Positions 18,085-27,358 of a stretch of DNA of 64,000 nucleotides are shown here, one piece after another. The notes beneath the pieces are model-generated. The model was not told the DNA's origin. It saw only the letters and a program-made list of their open reading frames with translations, and made no database searches. A program made the position numbers and the translations under genes. The stretch comes from an uncultured bacterium (GTDB lineage: Bacteria; Desulfobacterota_D; UBA1144; Nemesobacterales; UBA2774), in contig CAWGRW010000009.1 of NCBI GenBank assembly GCA_963825135.1, positions 1,481,410 through 1,545,409 of the forward strand. The letters run 5' to 3'. Each line of letters begins with the position of its first letter. The first letter of the stretch is position 1.

Positions 18085-19047
18085 TTAAGAGGCCGGTTTA
18101 ATGTTTTCCTTGACTACCCTCAGAAAATTACCGCCCATGATTTTTCTCACTCTGCTCTCGGAGTATCCTTTCTTCTGGAAATAATCAGCTATCTTCGGCA
18201 GGTCCGCGATCCTTCTCAGGTCTTCGGGGAAGTCCTCGATCCTGGCCCCGTCCATGTCGCTCCCAATGCCCACGTGGTCCTCGCCGCAAAGATTGACTAT
18301 ATAGTCCGCATGCCTGAACACGTCTTCCACCGTGGGCGTGCTATCCCCCGTCCTGAGGAACTGGTTATAGAGCACGATCCCGATGACTCCCCCTCTTTCC
18401 GAGATAGCGAGGAGCTGGTTGTCTTTCAGGTTCCTCGGGTGCTCGGTGAGCGACCTCGCGTTTGAGTGCGAGGCTATGGGTATGAGACTCGTGAGCCGTA
18501 TCGCTTCCCAGAACCCCTTTTCGTTGATATGAGAGAGGTCGAGCGTGATATGGAGCTCGTTCATTCCCTTTATCAGCTCCCTCCCCTCGTCCGTGAGCCC
18601 TTCTTCGGTCTCGTTCCCCGAGGCGTATCGGTTCTTATCGTTCCATGTAAGCCCTATCAGCCTCACTCCCCGTTCGTAGAATTCACCGAGCTTGTCAGGG
18701 CCTTCAATCGGGTCAGCACCCTCCACGAGCGTAAGGAACCCGGTTCTCCCGTCGGAGCCTGTACTCATGAGGTCCTCACGCGTCTTTATCTGAAAGACTT
18801 CGTCTTTATGCTCTTTATAAATCCTGTCGTATGTGTCGAACTGACGGAGCGCCGATTCGAGCGTCTTTTCCGGCTTGTGTTTAGGGTGTACGAATATTGT
18901 ATTGAATACGAGACGGATGTTGGCTTCTTTCATCCAGGGGAGTGTGATCATGCAGGGTACGGAGGGGCTAACGAAGTCCCTGTCGTAGTAGTTTAAATGG
19001 AACGCGATGTCTTCGTGCGCGTCGAGTATGAATAAATCCTTAAGCAC
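18085..19047 (-). CDS. Membrane dipeptidase (peptidase family M19, renal dipeptidase-like)
   Basis: N-terminal ILDAHEDI zinc-binding motif, …IASHSNARSL…, …HVGIGSDMDG… are typical M19 motifs. 320 aa. Confidence 0.8.
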   Translation of the reverse strand: MLKDLFILDAHEDIAFHLNYYDRDFVSPSVPCMITLPWMKEANIRLVFNTIFVHPKHKPEKTLESALRQFDTYDRIYKEHKDEVFQIKTREDLMSTGSDGRTGFLTLVEGADPIEGPDKLGEFYERGVRLIGLTWNDKNRYASGNETEEGLTDEGRELIKGMNELHITLDLSHINEKGFWEAIRLTSLIPIASHSNARSLTEHPRNLKDNQLLAISERGGVIGIVLYNQFLRTGDSTPTVEDVFRHADYIVNLCGEDHVGIGSDMDGARIEDFPEDLRRIADLPKIADYFQKKGYSESRVRKIMGGNFLRVVKENIKPAS

Positions 19048-19098
19048 TATTTCCCGCCTGTTCCCGATAATTTCTATTCGAGCCCTTGTGTCTTCCGG

Positions 19099-20340
19099 CT
19101 AGATATAAAACCCCATGCTCGCGTAACTCACTACCGACCCCGTATCCGGCTCGAGCGCCTGCCCGTAATCGAGCAGCTTACCCCTCTCCGCGTCGATCGC
19201 CGCGAGCGTCGCGTATATAGGTGAGAGCCCGCAGACCTTCCGCCAGTCCTTCTCCTCCTCGACGGAGCGGTAAAACCCCTCGGCGTCCATCTTCTCGCCG
19301 AAGGAGAGGCTCAGCATGTCTCTTTCTCTTATCTTGCCGAGCGTGAGATCGTTTACGGGTTCTTTGTCCCCGAACTTGAGCCCCACGTGGGCCATGTCCG
19401 CCCCCGCGATTATAAAGACGTTATCGCCCGTATCCCTTACGATCCCCGCGACCGCTTCGAGAAAGACGGATATGTATTCGTCCTCGGCCGGCGATCTGCC
19501 GTCCATGACCAGTCTGTAAAACGAGTTGCAGAGTACGGGCACTATTTTGTATTTCTTTTTTCCGTTCAGCATATGCTGAAGGAACGCGACCTGGAACTCT
19601 ATCGAATGCTCGGTACGGTGCGAGATCTCGCCATCATACAAATCCCATCCGCACGCTCCTTCGAGCTTCTCGATTATCTTCCTGTCCGTTTCAGCTTCCC
19701 CGAGGGGCGTCATAAAGTTCTTTCTGGTCAGGATAAACGGGTTTTCCACTTCGGCATAATGAGAGGTGCCGAAGATAATAAATGTATCCGCTTCGTTTTC
19801 CCGAAGCAGTTCCCTGTATGCGAGCGCGTACGATACACCGCCCCTCCCGTAGTCGATATGAGGGGAAATCAGCCCCCGTAACTTTCCGGGGGTTTCTTCA
19901 TAGGGCCGGCTCTCTTCCGCCTTGCCGAAAAAGGCCTTAAACCATCTGTCGAGCTCCTTCGGGTCACCGGGGTACGACAGGCCCGCGTGGCTCGACTCCC
20001 TCGTCACCGCTTCCCGGAAACCGGATTCAAGCCGGTGCTTATAGTCCCTGAAATTTTCGCTTTCGAGAAAGAGCGCTTCGTCGAGCTGTTCTATTAAATC
20101 CTCTATTTCGTCCGATAGCACAAGCTCCCCGAACCTCTCCATGCAGAGCGACTGAATATCGCGGACGGTCTTTGTCCCGTCGAAGAGGCTCAATATCCTG
20201 AGAGTATCTATCGGGACTGCGAGGATCTTATCCGACAGGTTCTGCGGGTCCCTCAGGCATATGATCCTCTCCCCTTCGACCTCCGCGGGGACGGCCTCGA
20301 CGTATCTCAGTCTCGGATATTCAAGAGTTTTATCGGTCAT
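19099..20340 (-). CDS. Fusion protein: N-terminal PqqD-like RRE (peptide-recognition) domain plus C-terminal MEMO1 / AmmeMemoRadiSam system protein B-like domain
   Basis: N-terminal residues about 15-110 (…RYVEAVPAEVEGERIICLRDPQNLSDKILAVPIDTLRILSLFDGTKTVRDIQSLCMERFGELVLSDEIEDLIEQLDEALFLE) align motif-for-motif with PqqD (LNETAAxILELxDGxRxVxxIIxxLxERF…VxEFLxxL). The C-terminal part carries Memo-family motifs (SHAGLSYPG, ISPHIDYGRGGVSYA, IFGTSHYAE, AGADMAHVG). Start set at M8 so that ATG overlaps the upstream HyuB stop (ATGA coupling). Confidence 0.65.
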   Translation of the reverse strand: MTDKTLEYPRLRYVEAVPAEVEGERIICLRDPQNLSDKILAVPIDTLRILSLFDGTKTVRDIQSLCMERFGELVLSDEIEDLIEQLDEALFLESENFRDYKHRLESGFREAVTRESSHAGLSYPGDPKELDRWFKAFFGKAEESRPYEETPGKLRGLISPHIDYGRGGVSYALAYRELLRENEADTFIIFGTSHYAEVENPFILTRKNFMTPLGEAETDRKIIEKLEGACGWDLYDGEISHRTEHSIEFQVAFLQHMLNGKKKYKIVPVLCNSFYRLVMDGRSPAEDEYISVFLEAVAGIVRDTGDNVFIIAGADMAHVGLKFGDKEPVNDLTLGKIRERDMLSLSFGEKMDAEGFYRSVEEEKDWRKVCGLSPIYATLAAIDAERGKLLDYGQALEPDTGSVVSYASMGFYI

Positions 20341-21905
20341 GCGTTTTTTGGTCTCCCCCACCCGCCCCCGCCGGGCGTCCTGATTTCGAGCACGTCCCCT
20401 TTGCTTACCGCGAACGTTGACTTGGGAGGTATAACGGATGATTTCCCCTTTCTCAAGAGGGTGTTCCTGCCTCTCATTCCCCGCCCTCCGCCTTTAATGC
20501 CGTAAGGCGCCGATTTCCTGCGCTCGGTTATGAGAGAAACGGTCGCGTCCGTGAGGAACCTGTACTTCCTGACGATGCCGTCTCCCCCCCTGAACCTTCC
20601 GCCGCCTCCGCTGTTTTTACGTATGGAATACGCATCTATCATGACGGGGAGCTCCCTCTCGAGCGCCTCAATCGGGGTATTGAGTGTATTGGTCATATGC
20701 GTCTGGACGGCGCTCACGCCGTCCTTCCCGTACCTCCCGCCCATGCCGCCCGCGATGGTTTCGTAGTAGGCGAAGTTCCTGCCGTTCCCGGGGTTCACCC
20801 CCCCGAACGTCGTATTGCTCATGGTGCCCGCGCTCGCCGCCTGGATCTTTTCGGGGACGGCTTTTGAAAGCGCTCCGAACACAATATCGACGACGCGCTG
20901 CGAGGTCTCTACGTTTCCCCCGACTACCGCCGCCGGGAATTCGGCATTTAATATGGAGCCCTTTTCAGCTTTGATATCTATTACCCTCAGCGGCCCCGAG
21001 TTAAGCGGCATGCCTTCCGGGGCAATGCACTGAAATGCATATACAGTAGCTGCTGTCGTCACGCTGAAGGGTGCGTTCAAACAGCCCTTCACCTTCTCGG
21101 ACGACCCTCTGAAATCCACGACCGCTTTTTCTCCTTTAATGCTTACGGAAACCCTTAGAGGTATATTCCTGGTCCCCGCCCCGTCGTCGTCGAGGACGTC
21201 TTCGAACGTATAAACCCCGTCGGGAATATTGTCGATAACATTCCTCATCATTTTTTCGCTGTACCCGAGGAGCCCCTCAGCCGCTTCTTTTATCTTTTTT
21301 AGCGAGTACTTCGCGGTGACTTCCTTTAACCTTCTTATCCCGAGTTCGAGCGAGCCTGACTGCGCCCTCAGGTCTCCTTCCCTTTCTTCCGGGTCGCGCG
21401 AAGCGGACAGGATGCCTTCAAAGAGAGACCGGTTCAGCTTCCCTTTCTTATATAGTCTCGACGGGGGGATCAAAATCCCTTCTTCGTGTATCGATGTGGA
21501 CAGCGGCATCGAGCCCGGCGTGAGGCCCCCCATGTCCGCGTGGTGGGCGCGTGAGGCGACGAAGAATTCAAGCGTGCCGTTTACCATTACCGGCGCTATG
21601 CATGTGACGTCGGGCAGGTGTGTCCCGCCCCTGAATGGGTCGTTAAGTATGAAGACGTCTCCCTCCGCTATCCCCGGCTCTCCGATAATCGCTTTCACCG
21701 CGAAGCTCATCGAGCCCAGGTGTACGGGGATGTGCGCCGCCTGCGCGATCATTTCCCCCGTGGCTTTGAATATCGCGCAGGACAGGTCTCTCCGCTCCTT
21801 TATATTGGGCGAGAACCCGGCGCGTATGAGGACGACCCCCATTTCCTCGGCGATCGAGCTGAGCGCGTTCTGAAATATTTCGAGTTCGAATGGGCTAAGG
21901 GGCAT
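20337..21905 (-). CDS. Hydantoinase B / oxoprolinase B family protein (HyuB-like); no HyuA partner in the window
   Basis: Classic HyuB motifs: …IAQAAHIPVHLGSM…, …GDVFILNDPFRGGTHLPDVT…. 522 aa. Confidence 0.85.
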   Translation of the reverse strand: MPLSPFELEIFQNALSSIAEEMGVVLIRAGFSPNIKERRDLSCAIFKATGEMIAQAAHIPVHLGSMSFAVKAIIGEPGIAEGDVFILNDPFRGGTHLPDVTCIAPVMVNGTLEFFVASRAHHADMGGLTPGSMPLSTSIHEEGILIPPSRLYKKGKLNRSLFEGILSASRDPEEREGDLRAQSGSLELGIRRLKEVTAKYSLKKIKEAAEGLLGYSEKMMRNVIDNIPDGVYTFEDVLDDDGAGTRNIPLRVSVSIKGEKAVVDFRGSSEKVKGCLNAPFSVTTAATVYAFQCIAPEGMPLNSGPLRVIDIKAEKGSILNAEFPAAVVGGNVETSQRVVDIVFGALSKAVPEKIQAASAGTMSNTTFGGVNPGNGRNFAYYETIAGGMGGRYGKDGVSAVQTHMTNTLNTPIEALERELPVMIDAYSIRKNSGGGGRFRGGDGIVRKYRFLTDATVSLITERRKSAPYGIKGGGRGMRGRNTLLRKGKSSVIPPKSTFAVSKGDVLEIRTPGGGGWGRPKNA

Positions 21906-21968
21906 CGGATTAGCTCTCCGCTGCTTTTCCCGGCAGCGGTTGCGGGTCTGTGGCCGAAGAGCCGATTG

Positions 21969-22430
21969 TTATTCCGGCTGGGGCGCGGAAGGCGTCATGG
22001 TTTCCAGGTTCGAGTATCTGCATAGCTCGGAGGCGTAGTACCTTACCCGGGTGCTTTCCCCGAGATCTGCCTTCGGGCTTCCCGGAATGATGTGACTGCC
22101 GTTCTTGCATTCCTGCGCGACCTTTAGAAACGGCACCGGCGCAAGGTCGCCCGGTCCGTATTTGCCCTTTATGTTCTTTTCTACTTTCACGGTAGCGTTA
22201 CATTTCGACACCGTCTCGGGAATAAAATCCGCTGCGCCTTCGTCGGACGCTCTGCATTCTCCCGAATCGTAAGGCTTCCCGCATTCGATTTTCACGACCG
22301 TCCCCTCGACTGCGTAATCGGAGCTATTGAGGAGATCCTCCCGGGAGCAAGGGGGCGGGATAGCGCGGACGCTTACCGCTCCGATAGCGAATAAAGTAAA
22401 AATGAGTGGTATTATTAACTTGTTTTTCAC
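21969..22430 (-). CDS. Secreted cysteine-rich hypothetical protein
   Basis: Signal peptide MKNKLIIPLIFTLFAIGAVSVRA; 6 Cys in the roughly 130-aa mature part. No family recognised. Confidence 0.45.
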   Translation of the reverse strand: MKNKLIIPLIFTLFAIGAVSVRAIPPPCSREDLLNSSDYAVEGTVVKIECGKPYDSGECRASDEGAADFIPETVSKCNATVKVEKNIKGKYGPGDLAPVPFLKVAQECKNGSHIIPGSPKADLGESTRVRYYASELCRYSNLETMTPSAPQPE

Positions 22431-22521
22431 CCTGATTATACTAATGTATTGTGCTTTTATTCGTTGTCAAACGAAATCTTCAAAGCGGAGAAATTTGGCA
22501 TGCAAGGGGACGATAAATAGA

Positions 22522-23472
22522 ATGAAAATTCTGGTTACGGGGGCCGCCGGGTTTATAGGGTCTCACCTTGCCGAGAGGCTTGTTAAAGAAGGCCATACGG
22601 TCGTGGGAGTAGACTCGTTTCTCGACTACTACCCCCGAAAGATTAAAGAGCGCAACGTCGAGGGCCTGGTCGTTAAAAAGGGGTTCGAGTTCATCGAAGG
22701 AGACATACTCTGCCTTGATCTCGATAAGCTCTTAAGCGGCATAGACGCGGTGTTCCATCAGGCTGCGATCGCGGGAGTGAGGTCGAGCTGGGGCGCCGGG
22801 TTCGACGAATACGTCAGGAACAACATACTCGGGACGCAGCTCCTGCTGGAGGCCTGCAGGGACGGTCGTATCAAAAAGTTCGTGTACGCATCCTCCTCGT
22901 CCGTTTACGGCGATTGCGACGAGCTCCCGATAAAGGAGACCTCCCCCGTGAGGCCGGTCTCGCCTTACGGTGTTACTAAGCTCTCAGGCGAGCAGCTCGC
23001 TTATCTCTACTACAAGGGCTACGGAGTCCCGGTCGTGTCTCTCAGATACTTCACCGTCTACGGTCCGAGGCAGCGCCCGGACATGGCCTTCCACAAGTTT
23101 CTGAAGGCGGTAATCACGGGAGGGGAGATAGAGGTCTACGGCACGGGGGAGCAGACGAGGGATTTCACCTTCATCGGGGACGCTGTCAGTGCCAACCTCG
23201 CTGCGTTCTCAAACGGCGTGAACGGGGAGGCATACAACGTAGGCGGCGGAAGCAGGATAAAGCTCATCGAATGCATAAGGGTTATCGAGGAGATATGCGG
23301 AAAGAAGGCCAATCTCAACTTTACAGACCCCCAGAGGGGCGACGCGGCCCACACCTACGCCGATGTATCGAAGGCAAAAAAGGATTTCGGGTATTCCCCG
23401 TCGGTCGGTATAAGGGAAGGGCTGACTGAACACTACGACTGGCTGAAGAAGAATTTAGGGCTTTACCTCTGA
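22522..23472 (+). CDS. NAD-dependent epimerase/dehydratase (UDP-sugar 4-epimerase / UDP-glucuronate decarboxylase-like SDR)
   Basis: MKILVTGAAGFIGSHL Rossmann motif, YASSSSVYG, catalytic Y-x3-K (SPYGVTKLSGEQ). The track ORF is extended upstream; the ATG at 22522 fits the family N-terminus. Confidence 0.85.
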   Translation: MKILVTGAAGFIGSHLAERLVKEGHTVVGVDSFLDYYPRKIKERNVEGLVVKKGFEFIEGDILCLDLDKLLSGIDAVFHQAAIAGVRSSWGAGFDEYVRNNILGTQLLLEACRDGRIKKFVYASSSSVYGDCDELPIKETSPVRPVSPYGVTKLSGEQLAYLYYKGYGVPVVSLRYFTVYGPRQRPDMAFHKFLKAVITGGEIEVYGTGEQTRDFTFIGDAVSANLAAFSNGVNGEAYNVGGGSRIKLIECIRVIEEICGKKANLNFTDPQRGDAAHTYADVSKAKKDFGYSPSVGIREGLTEHYDWLKKNLGLYL

Positions 23473-23473
23473 G

Positions 23474-24343
23474 TTAGCTTATCGCCTCTTTCAGGGTCTC
23501 CCCCATCTCTGCAGGGCTCGGGCATACCCGCACCCCCGCTCTTTCTAGCGCCGCTACCTTGTCCTTGGCGCTTCCCGAGCTTCCCGATATGATCGCCCCC
23601 GCGTGTCCCATCCTTTTCCCTTTGGGGGCGGTCGCTCCGGCTATAAACGCAACTACGGGTTTTGACATATGGCTCTTGATGAATTCGGCAGCTTCCTCTT
23701 CCGCGCTTCCGCCGATCTCGCCTATCATCACTACAGCGTCCGTATCCTTGTCCTTTTCAAATAGCTTCAATATGTCGATGAACGTCGAGCCGATTATAGG
23801 GTCTCCGCCAATCCCGACGCTTGTGGACTGCCCTATGCCGAGGTTGGACAGCTGCCATACGGCCTCATAAGTGAGCGTGCCGCTGCGGGAGATAATGCCT
23901 ATTCTTCCGGGCGTGTGTATGTATCCGGGCATAATGCCTACCTTCGCTTCGCCGGGCGTCATCACTCCGGGGCAGTTGGGCCCCACGAGACGCGCCTTCT
24001 TGCCCTTCAGGTACTCCTTTACCTTAATCATGTCCTGCGTCGGGACGCCTTCGGTGATACATATTACGAGCTCGATCCCGGCGTCTATAGCCTCCACCAT
24101 CGAATCCATCGCGAACGGGGCGGGTACGAATATAAGAGACGCGTTAGCCCCGGTCTTTTTGACTGCGGCCGCCACTGTGTCGAATACGGGGAACCCCTCG
24201 ACCTCTGTCCCGCCTTTCCCCGGCGTGACTCCGCCCACGACCTTCGTGCCGTATTCGCGGCACTGTGTGGCGTGGAACAGGCCCGCGCTCCCGGTAATCC
24301 CCTGAACTATTACTTTTGTATTTTTATTGACCAGGATACTCAT
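23474..24343 (-). CDS. sucD: Succinyl-CoA synthetase alpha subunit (SucD-like CoA-binding / ligase-CoA protein)
   Basis: …[12 protein letters not shown]…, …[20 protein letters not shown]…, catalytic His region …[13 protein letters not shown]…. No sucC adjacent. Confidence 0.8.
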   Translation of the reverse strand: MSILVNKNTKVIVQGITGSAGLFHATQCREYGTKVVGGVTPGKGGTEVEGFPVFDTVAAAVKKTGANASLIFVPAPFAMDSMVEAIDAGIELVICITEGVPTQDMIKVKEYLKGKKARLVGPNCPGVMTPGEAKVGIMPGYIHTPGRIGIISRSGTLTYEAVWQLSNLGIGQSTSVGIGGDPIIGSTFIDILKLFEKDKDTDAVVMIGEIGGSAEEEAAEFIKSHMSKPVVAFIAGATAPKGKRMGHAGAIISGSSGSAKDKVAALERAGVRVCPSPAEMGETLKEAIS

Positions 24344-24541
24344 GTTTACTTACTCCTTTAGGCGATTCCTTATTCAAAGCCGTGACGGCGGAGAGGAATC
24401 ATAACACAGTGTTTTGCCGCTTGCAAACCCCGGAACCCGCCGCTCGATCCGGGCCTTATCAACCGTATTATCGGGAGTTTTTTCGCCCCACGCCGCAGAC
24501 TATACGGTCTCTACGCATATTTTTGCGGTCGTCCGGACAGG

Positions 24542-25411
24542 TTATTCTATATTCTGGAGCTGCTCCCTTATTTTCTCAAGCTCCGACCTGAGCTCTATGG
24601 TAAAATGGGAGATTTCGGCGTCCTTGGCCTTCGCCGCTACGGTGCCTGCCTCGCGGTTCATCTCCTGGAGCAGGAAATCTAGCTCCTTTCCTATCGACCC
24701 CTTGTCCTTGATGGTTTCCCTGAATTTGCCGATGTGAGCCTTTAATCTGACCAGCTCTTCCGTAATGTCGCTTCTTTCCGTGAGGAATGCCGCTTCCTGA
24801 TAGAGCCTCGCTTCGTCTATCTGGTTGTCTTCGAGGATTTTCGATATCCTCTCCTTGAGCTTCACCGAGGCGGTCTCCATGAAGTCCTTTCTTTTTGTTG
24901 TTATCGTGCGTGTGAGGCCCTCGATCTTGTCGAGTCTCTCCCTGAAATCCTTCTCGAGCTTCTTCCCCTCGGCCTTTCTTGTTTCGTCGAGCTTTTGAAT
25001 CGCCTTTGAGAGGACTTTCTCGATCTCGAGGATATCGCCTGCGGTGAAATGATCGTCTGCTTTGGTCGTAAATATGTCCTTGACCGTAAGGAAATGCTCG
25101 AGCCGCAATTCTTCTTTTATTCCGAACTCCTTCTTCAGGGATTCGATGCTCTTCTTAAATTGCTTCGCAAGATCCAGGTTGAGGACCGGAGGCGTCGCCT
25201 TCGTCCCCTCGAGCGTAACCGTAATTCTCAGCTTGCCCCTCAGAATATGTTTCTTTACGCATTCCGCGAGCTCCGGTTCGATCGAGGAAACGGATTCAGG
25301 GAGCATCAGCTTTATGTCGAGGAACCTGTGGTTCTCGGACCTCGCTTCAACCACGACCCTTCCGTATCTCGTTTCGCCTTCGCTCTTTCCGAACCCTGTC
25401 ATGCTTTTCAT
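24542..25411 (-). CDS. yicC: YicC-family stress-induced protein
   Basis: Starts MKSMTGFGKSEGE… (YicC N-terminal signature) and has a long coiled-coil C-terminus. Start set at the internal M so it overlaps the upstream gene stop by ATGA. Confidence 0.75.
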   Translation of the reverse strand: MKSMTGFGKSEGETRYGRVVVEARSENHRFLDIKLMLPESVSSIEPELAECVKKHILRGKLRITVTLEGTKATPPVLNLDLAKQFKKSIESLKKEFGIKEELRLEHFLTVKDIFTTKADDHFTAGDILEIEKVLSKAIQKLDETRKAEGKKLEKDFRERLDKIEGLTRTITTKRKDFMETASVKLKERISKILEDNQIDEARLYQEAAFLTERSDITEELVRLKAHIGKFRETIKDKGSIGKELDFLLQEMNREAGTVAAKAKDAEISHFTIELRSELEKIREQLQNIE

Positions 25412-25944
25412 CTCTTCGTCACCTCTTTCAATTGACCCGTGTAATCGTGCCTGAGCTTCCCGAACAACTCTCTCATCAGGGCGCTCCCGTAATCCGGATA
25501 GGTCCATTCGAGCGTTCTGAATTCATCTCTCACATAAATAAGCGTCAGGTCGGCATAAACTCCTCTTCCGAGATAGGGGCGGTGGGAATAACCTTTTCCC
25601 GTGGCCAGGATTACGTGCTCTTGCGCGATGTATCCGGGATCGATGTTTATAGTCCTCTTATGTTCATATGAAAATACCTTTTCCATGTTATTTGTAAATA
25701 TTTTTATTTCTACGATATCTTCCCTCTTTACGAGATCCCTGAAAGTGATGACGGCCCTCCTGAGCGCGGGCCCCATTTCCTCTTCGTAGTATCTGGTGCC
25801 GTCGAAAGGCATCTCGCCGCTCCTGAACTCGATCTCGCCGACCCCCTCCCCGAGTTTCCCGATGCACTCCTCTATCCGGGAGGACGGTCTGTATATCAGT
25901 CCCGCAAAGAGCTTGACGGGCTTGGGGTCCTGAAGGAGGCTCAT
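25408..25944 (-). CDS. Hypothetical protein (DUF4416-like?), translationally coupled to yicC
   Basis: 178 aa soluble ORF; 4-nt ATGA overlap with yicC. The family assignment is only a weak recollection. Confidence 0.4.
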   Translation of the reverse strand: MSLLQDPKPVKLFAGLIYRPSSRIEECIGKLGEGVGEIEFRSGEMPFDGTRYYEEEMGPALRRAVITFRDLVKREDIVEIKIFTNNMEKVFSYEHKRTINIDPGYIAQEHVILATGKGYSHRPYLGRGVYADLTLIYVRDEFRTLEWTYPDYGSALMRELFGKLRHDYTGQLKEVTKR

Positions 25945-26052
25945 GTATTCTCTATCGCCCGGGGCAAAATTGAATTTTTCGCTGAATCAATCATTATTTG
26001 AGTCTAACGAACTCTATTTCCAGCACCAATTTTACTACATAACCGACCGTTA

Positions 26053-27333
26053 ATGAAAATTAGAGAACCGGTGATCCTGCTTACTTTACTCTTCATAGCC
26101 TCGATTTCGTTAAGCCTCGGAGTCCCGAGGAATTTCGGCAGCGAAATCGGATTTGTGAACGATTACGGTGACAAACTTGTCTATGCCGCCAGGGGTTCCT
26201 GGTACCCGTACTCGAATAATCCATATACGGATATCCCGAGCGAATATCCCCAGGCCGCTACCTATTTCTTCGCCGTGCCTTATATGGTATTGGGCTCTCC
26301 GGGTTCTTTCGACACGCACCTGATCGCGCAGATCGAGCGCTTTGTTAACAGCAATCCTCAGACTAATCCCAACCTGCCGTCTTCTCCGCATCTCAGGAAC
26401 AGGCTCTTCATGCGCTATTCGCTCGTCTTTTCGCTGCTCATGGTCCCGTTCCTATTCTTTTCGATACTGATCGTTTACAACCTGAGGCCCGAAAGGAAGT
26501 ACCTCGCATACCTCATGCTCCTTCCGGCCGGGCTATTCTTTACCCACAACAGGTTCGATATAATTCCCGCTTTCCTCGGACTTCTGGCCGTTTTCCTGCT
26601 TTCAAAAAACAGATTCAAGCTGTCGGCGTTCGTAATAGCGTTCGGGTTTCTTACGAAGTGGTACCTCGCGCTCCTGCTTCCCGTATTTCTCGCCTACTAT
26701 TACACTCAGAGGAGAAAAATCAACTGGCCGATGGTCCTCGTCTTCGCGGTAACCTGCCTGGCTGTCCTCGTTCCTACTTTCCTGGCAGGCGGCCTGAACG
26801 GGCTCTTCGCTCCTTATATCGCCCAGCTCTCCCGCGACCTTGACCAGCCGTCCTTGTTTTTCCTCGTGTCCATGCTTCTCGACCGGGGCTTCGGTCTAGA
26901 TATCGACAATTTCTATCTCGCGGCCGCGTCGCTCGCACTTCAGTTCTCGGTGATACCGCTCTGCGTGACGAGCAGGGTCGATTCCCTGGACAAGGTGATC
27001 AGGTGGTCATCGTTATCCATTCTGGTGTTCATCATATTCGCCCGGATAAATTCTCCGCAGTGGATTTTGTGGGTCAGTCCCATGCTTATCTTGATTGCGG
27101 GCAGGGGGATGTTCATAGCGGGCATTGTCCTCCTCGACCTGCTGTCCTACATCCAGTTCCCCGTGCTCTTTTATCTCCGCTCTTACAGCGAGTCGTATTA
27201 CAATCTCTTCCTCCTGGCGTTTTCAGTCAAGCTCGCATTACTTATCTTGTTCGCCGTTTATCTATTCGGGGGCCTGATAGGGGATAATCCGGTTTTCGCC
27301 CGCCTGCGGGGCCGGAAGGCGGATCAGTCCTGA
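26053..27333 (+). CDS. Polytopic membrane protein, GT-C-fold glycosyltransferase-like (DUF2029/GT87-like)
   Basis: 426 aa with more than 10 TM helices and a conserved loop region (…DIIPAFLGLLAVFLLSKNRF…). Resembles PIG-M/GT87-type mannosyltransferases; tentative. Confidence 0.45.
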   Translation: MKIREPVILLTLLFIASISLSLGVPRNFGSEIGFVNDYGDKLVYAARGSWYPYSNNPYTDIPSEYPQAATYFFAVPYMVLGSPGSFDTHLIAQIERFVNSNPQTNPNLPSSPHLRNRLFMRYSLVFSLLMVPFLFFSILIVYNLRPERKYLAYLMLLPAGLFFTHNRFDIIPAFLGLLAVFLLSKNRFKLSAFVIAFGFLTKWYLALLLPVFLAYYYTQRRKINWPMVLVFAVTCLAVLVPTFLAGGLNGLFAPYIAQLSRDLDQPSLFFLVSMLLDRGFGLDIDNFYLAAASLALQFSVIPLCVTSRVDSLDKVIRWSSLSILVFIIFARINSPQWILWVSPMLILIAGRGMFIAGIVLLDLLSYIQFPVLFYLRSYSESYYNLFLLAFSVKLALLILFAVYLFGGLIGDNPVFARLRGRKADQS

Positions 27334-27358
27334 ACAGGGGGTTATATATTGTCGATGT

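Noticed and set aside
20341-20361. Longer Memo-fusion ORF start at 20361, giving a 25-bp overlap with HyuB
   Set aside because: The internal Met at 20340 creates an ATGA stop/start overlap typical of translational coupling, so I preferred the shorter start. This does not affect the domain call.
22327-22521. 65-codon N-terminal extension of the epimerase ORF (track ORF begins at 22327)
   Set aside because: The extension overlaps the divergent Cys-rich protein gene and has no Rossmann motif. The canonical MKILVTGAAGFIGS N-terminus begins at 22522.
24344-24541. 200-bp sucD-yicC spacer as a possible small RNA or riboswitch
   Set aside because: There is no recognisable conserved riboswitch core and no terminator-antiterminator pair. 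It contains only a short ORF-like stretch with no support.
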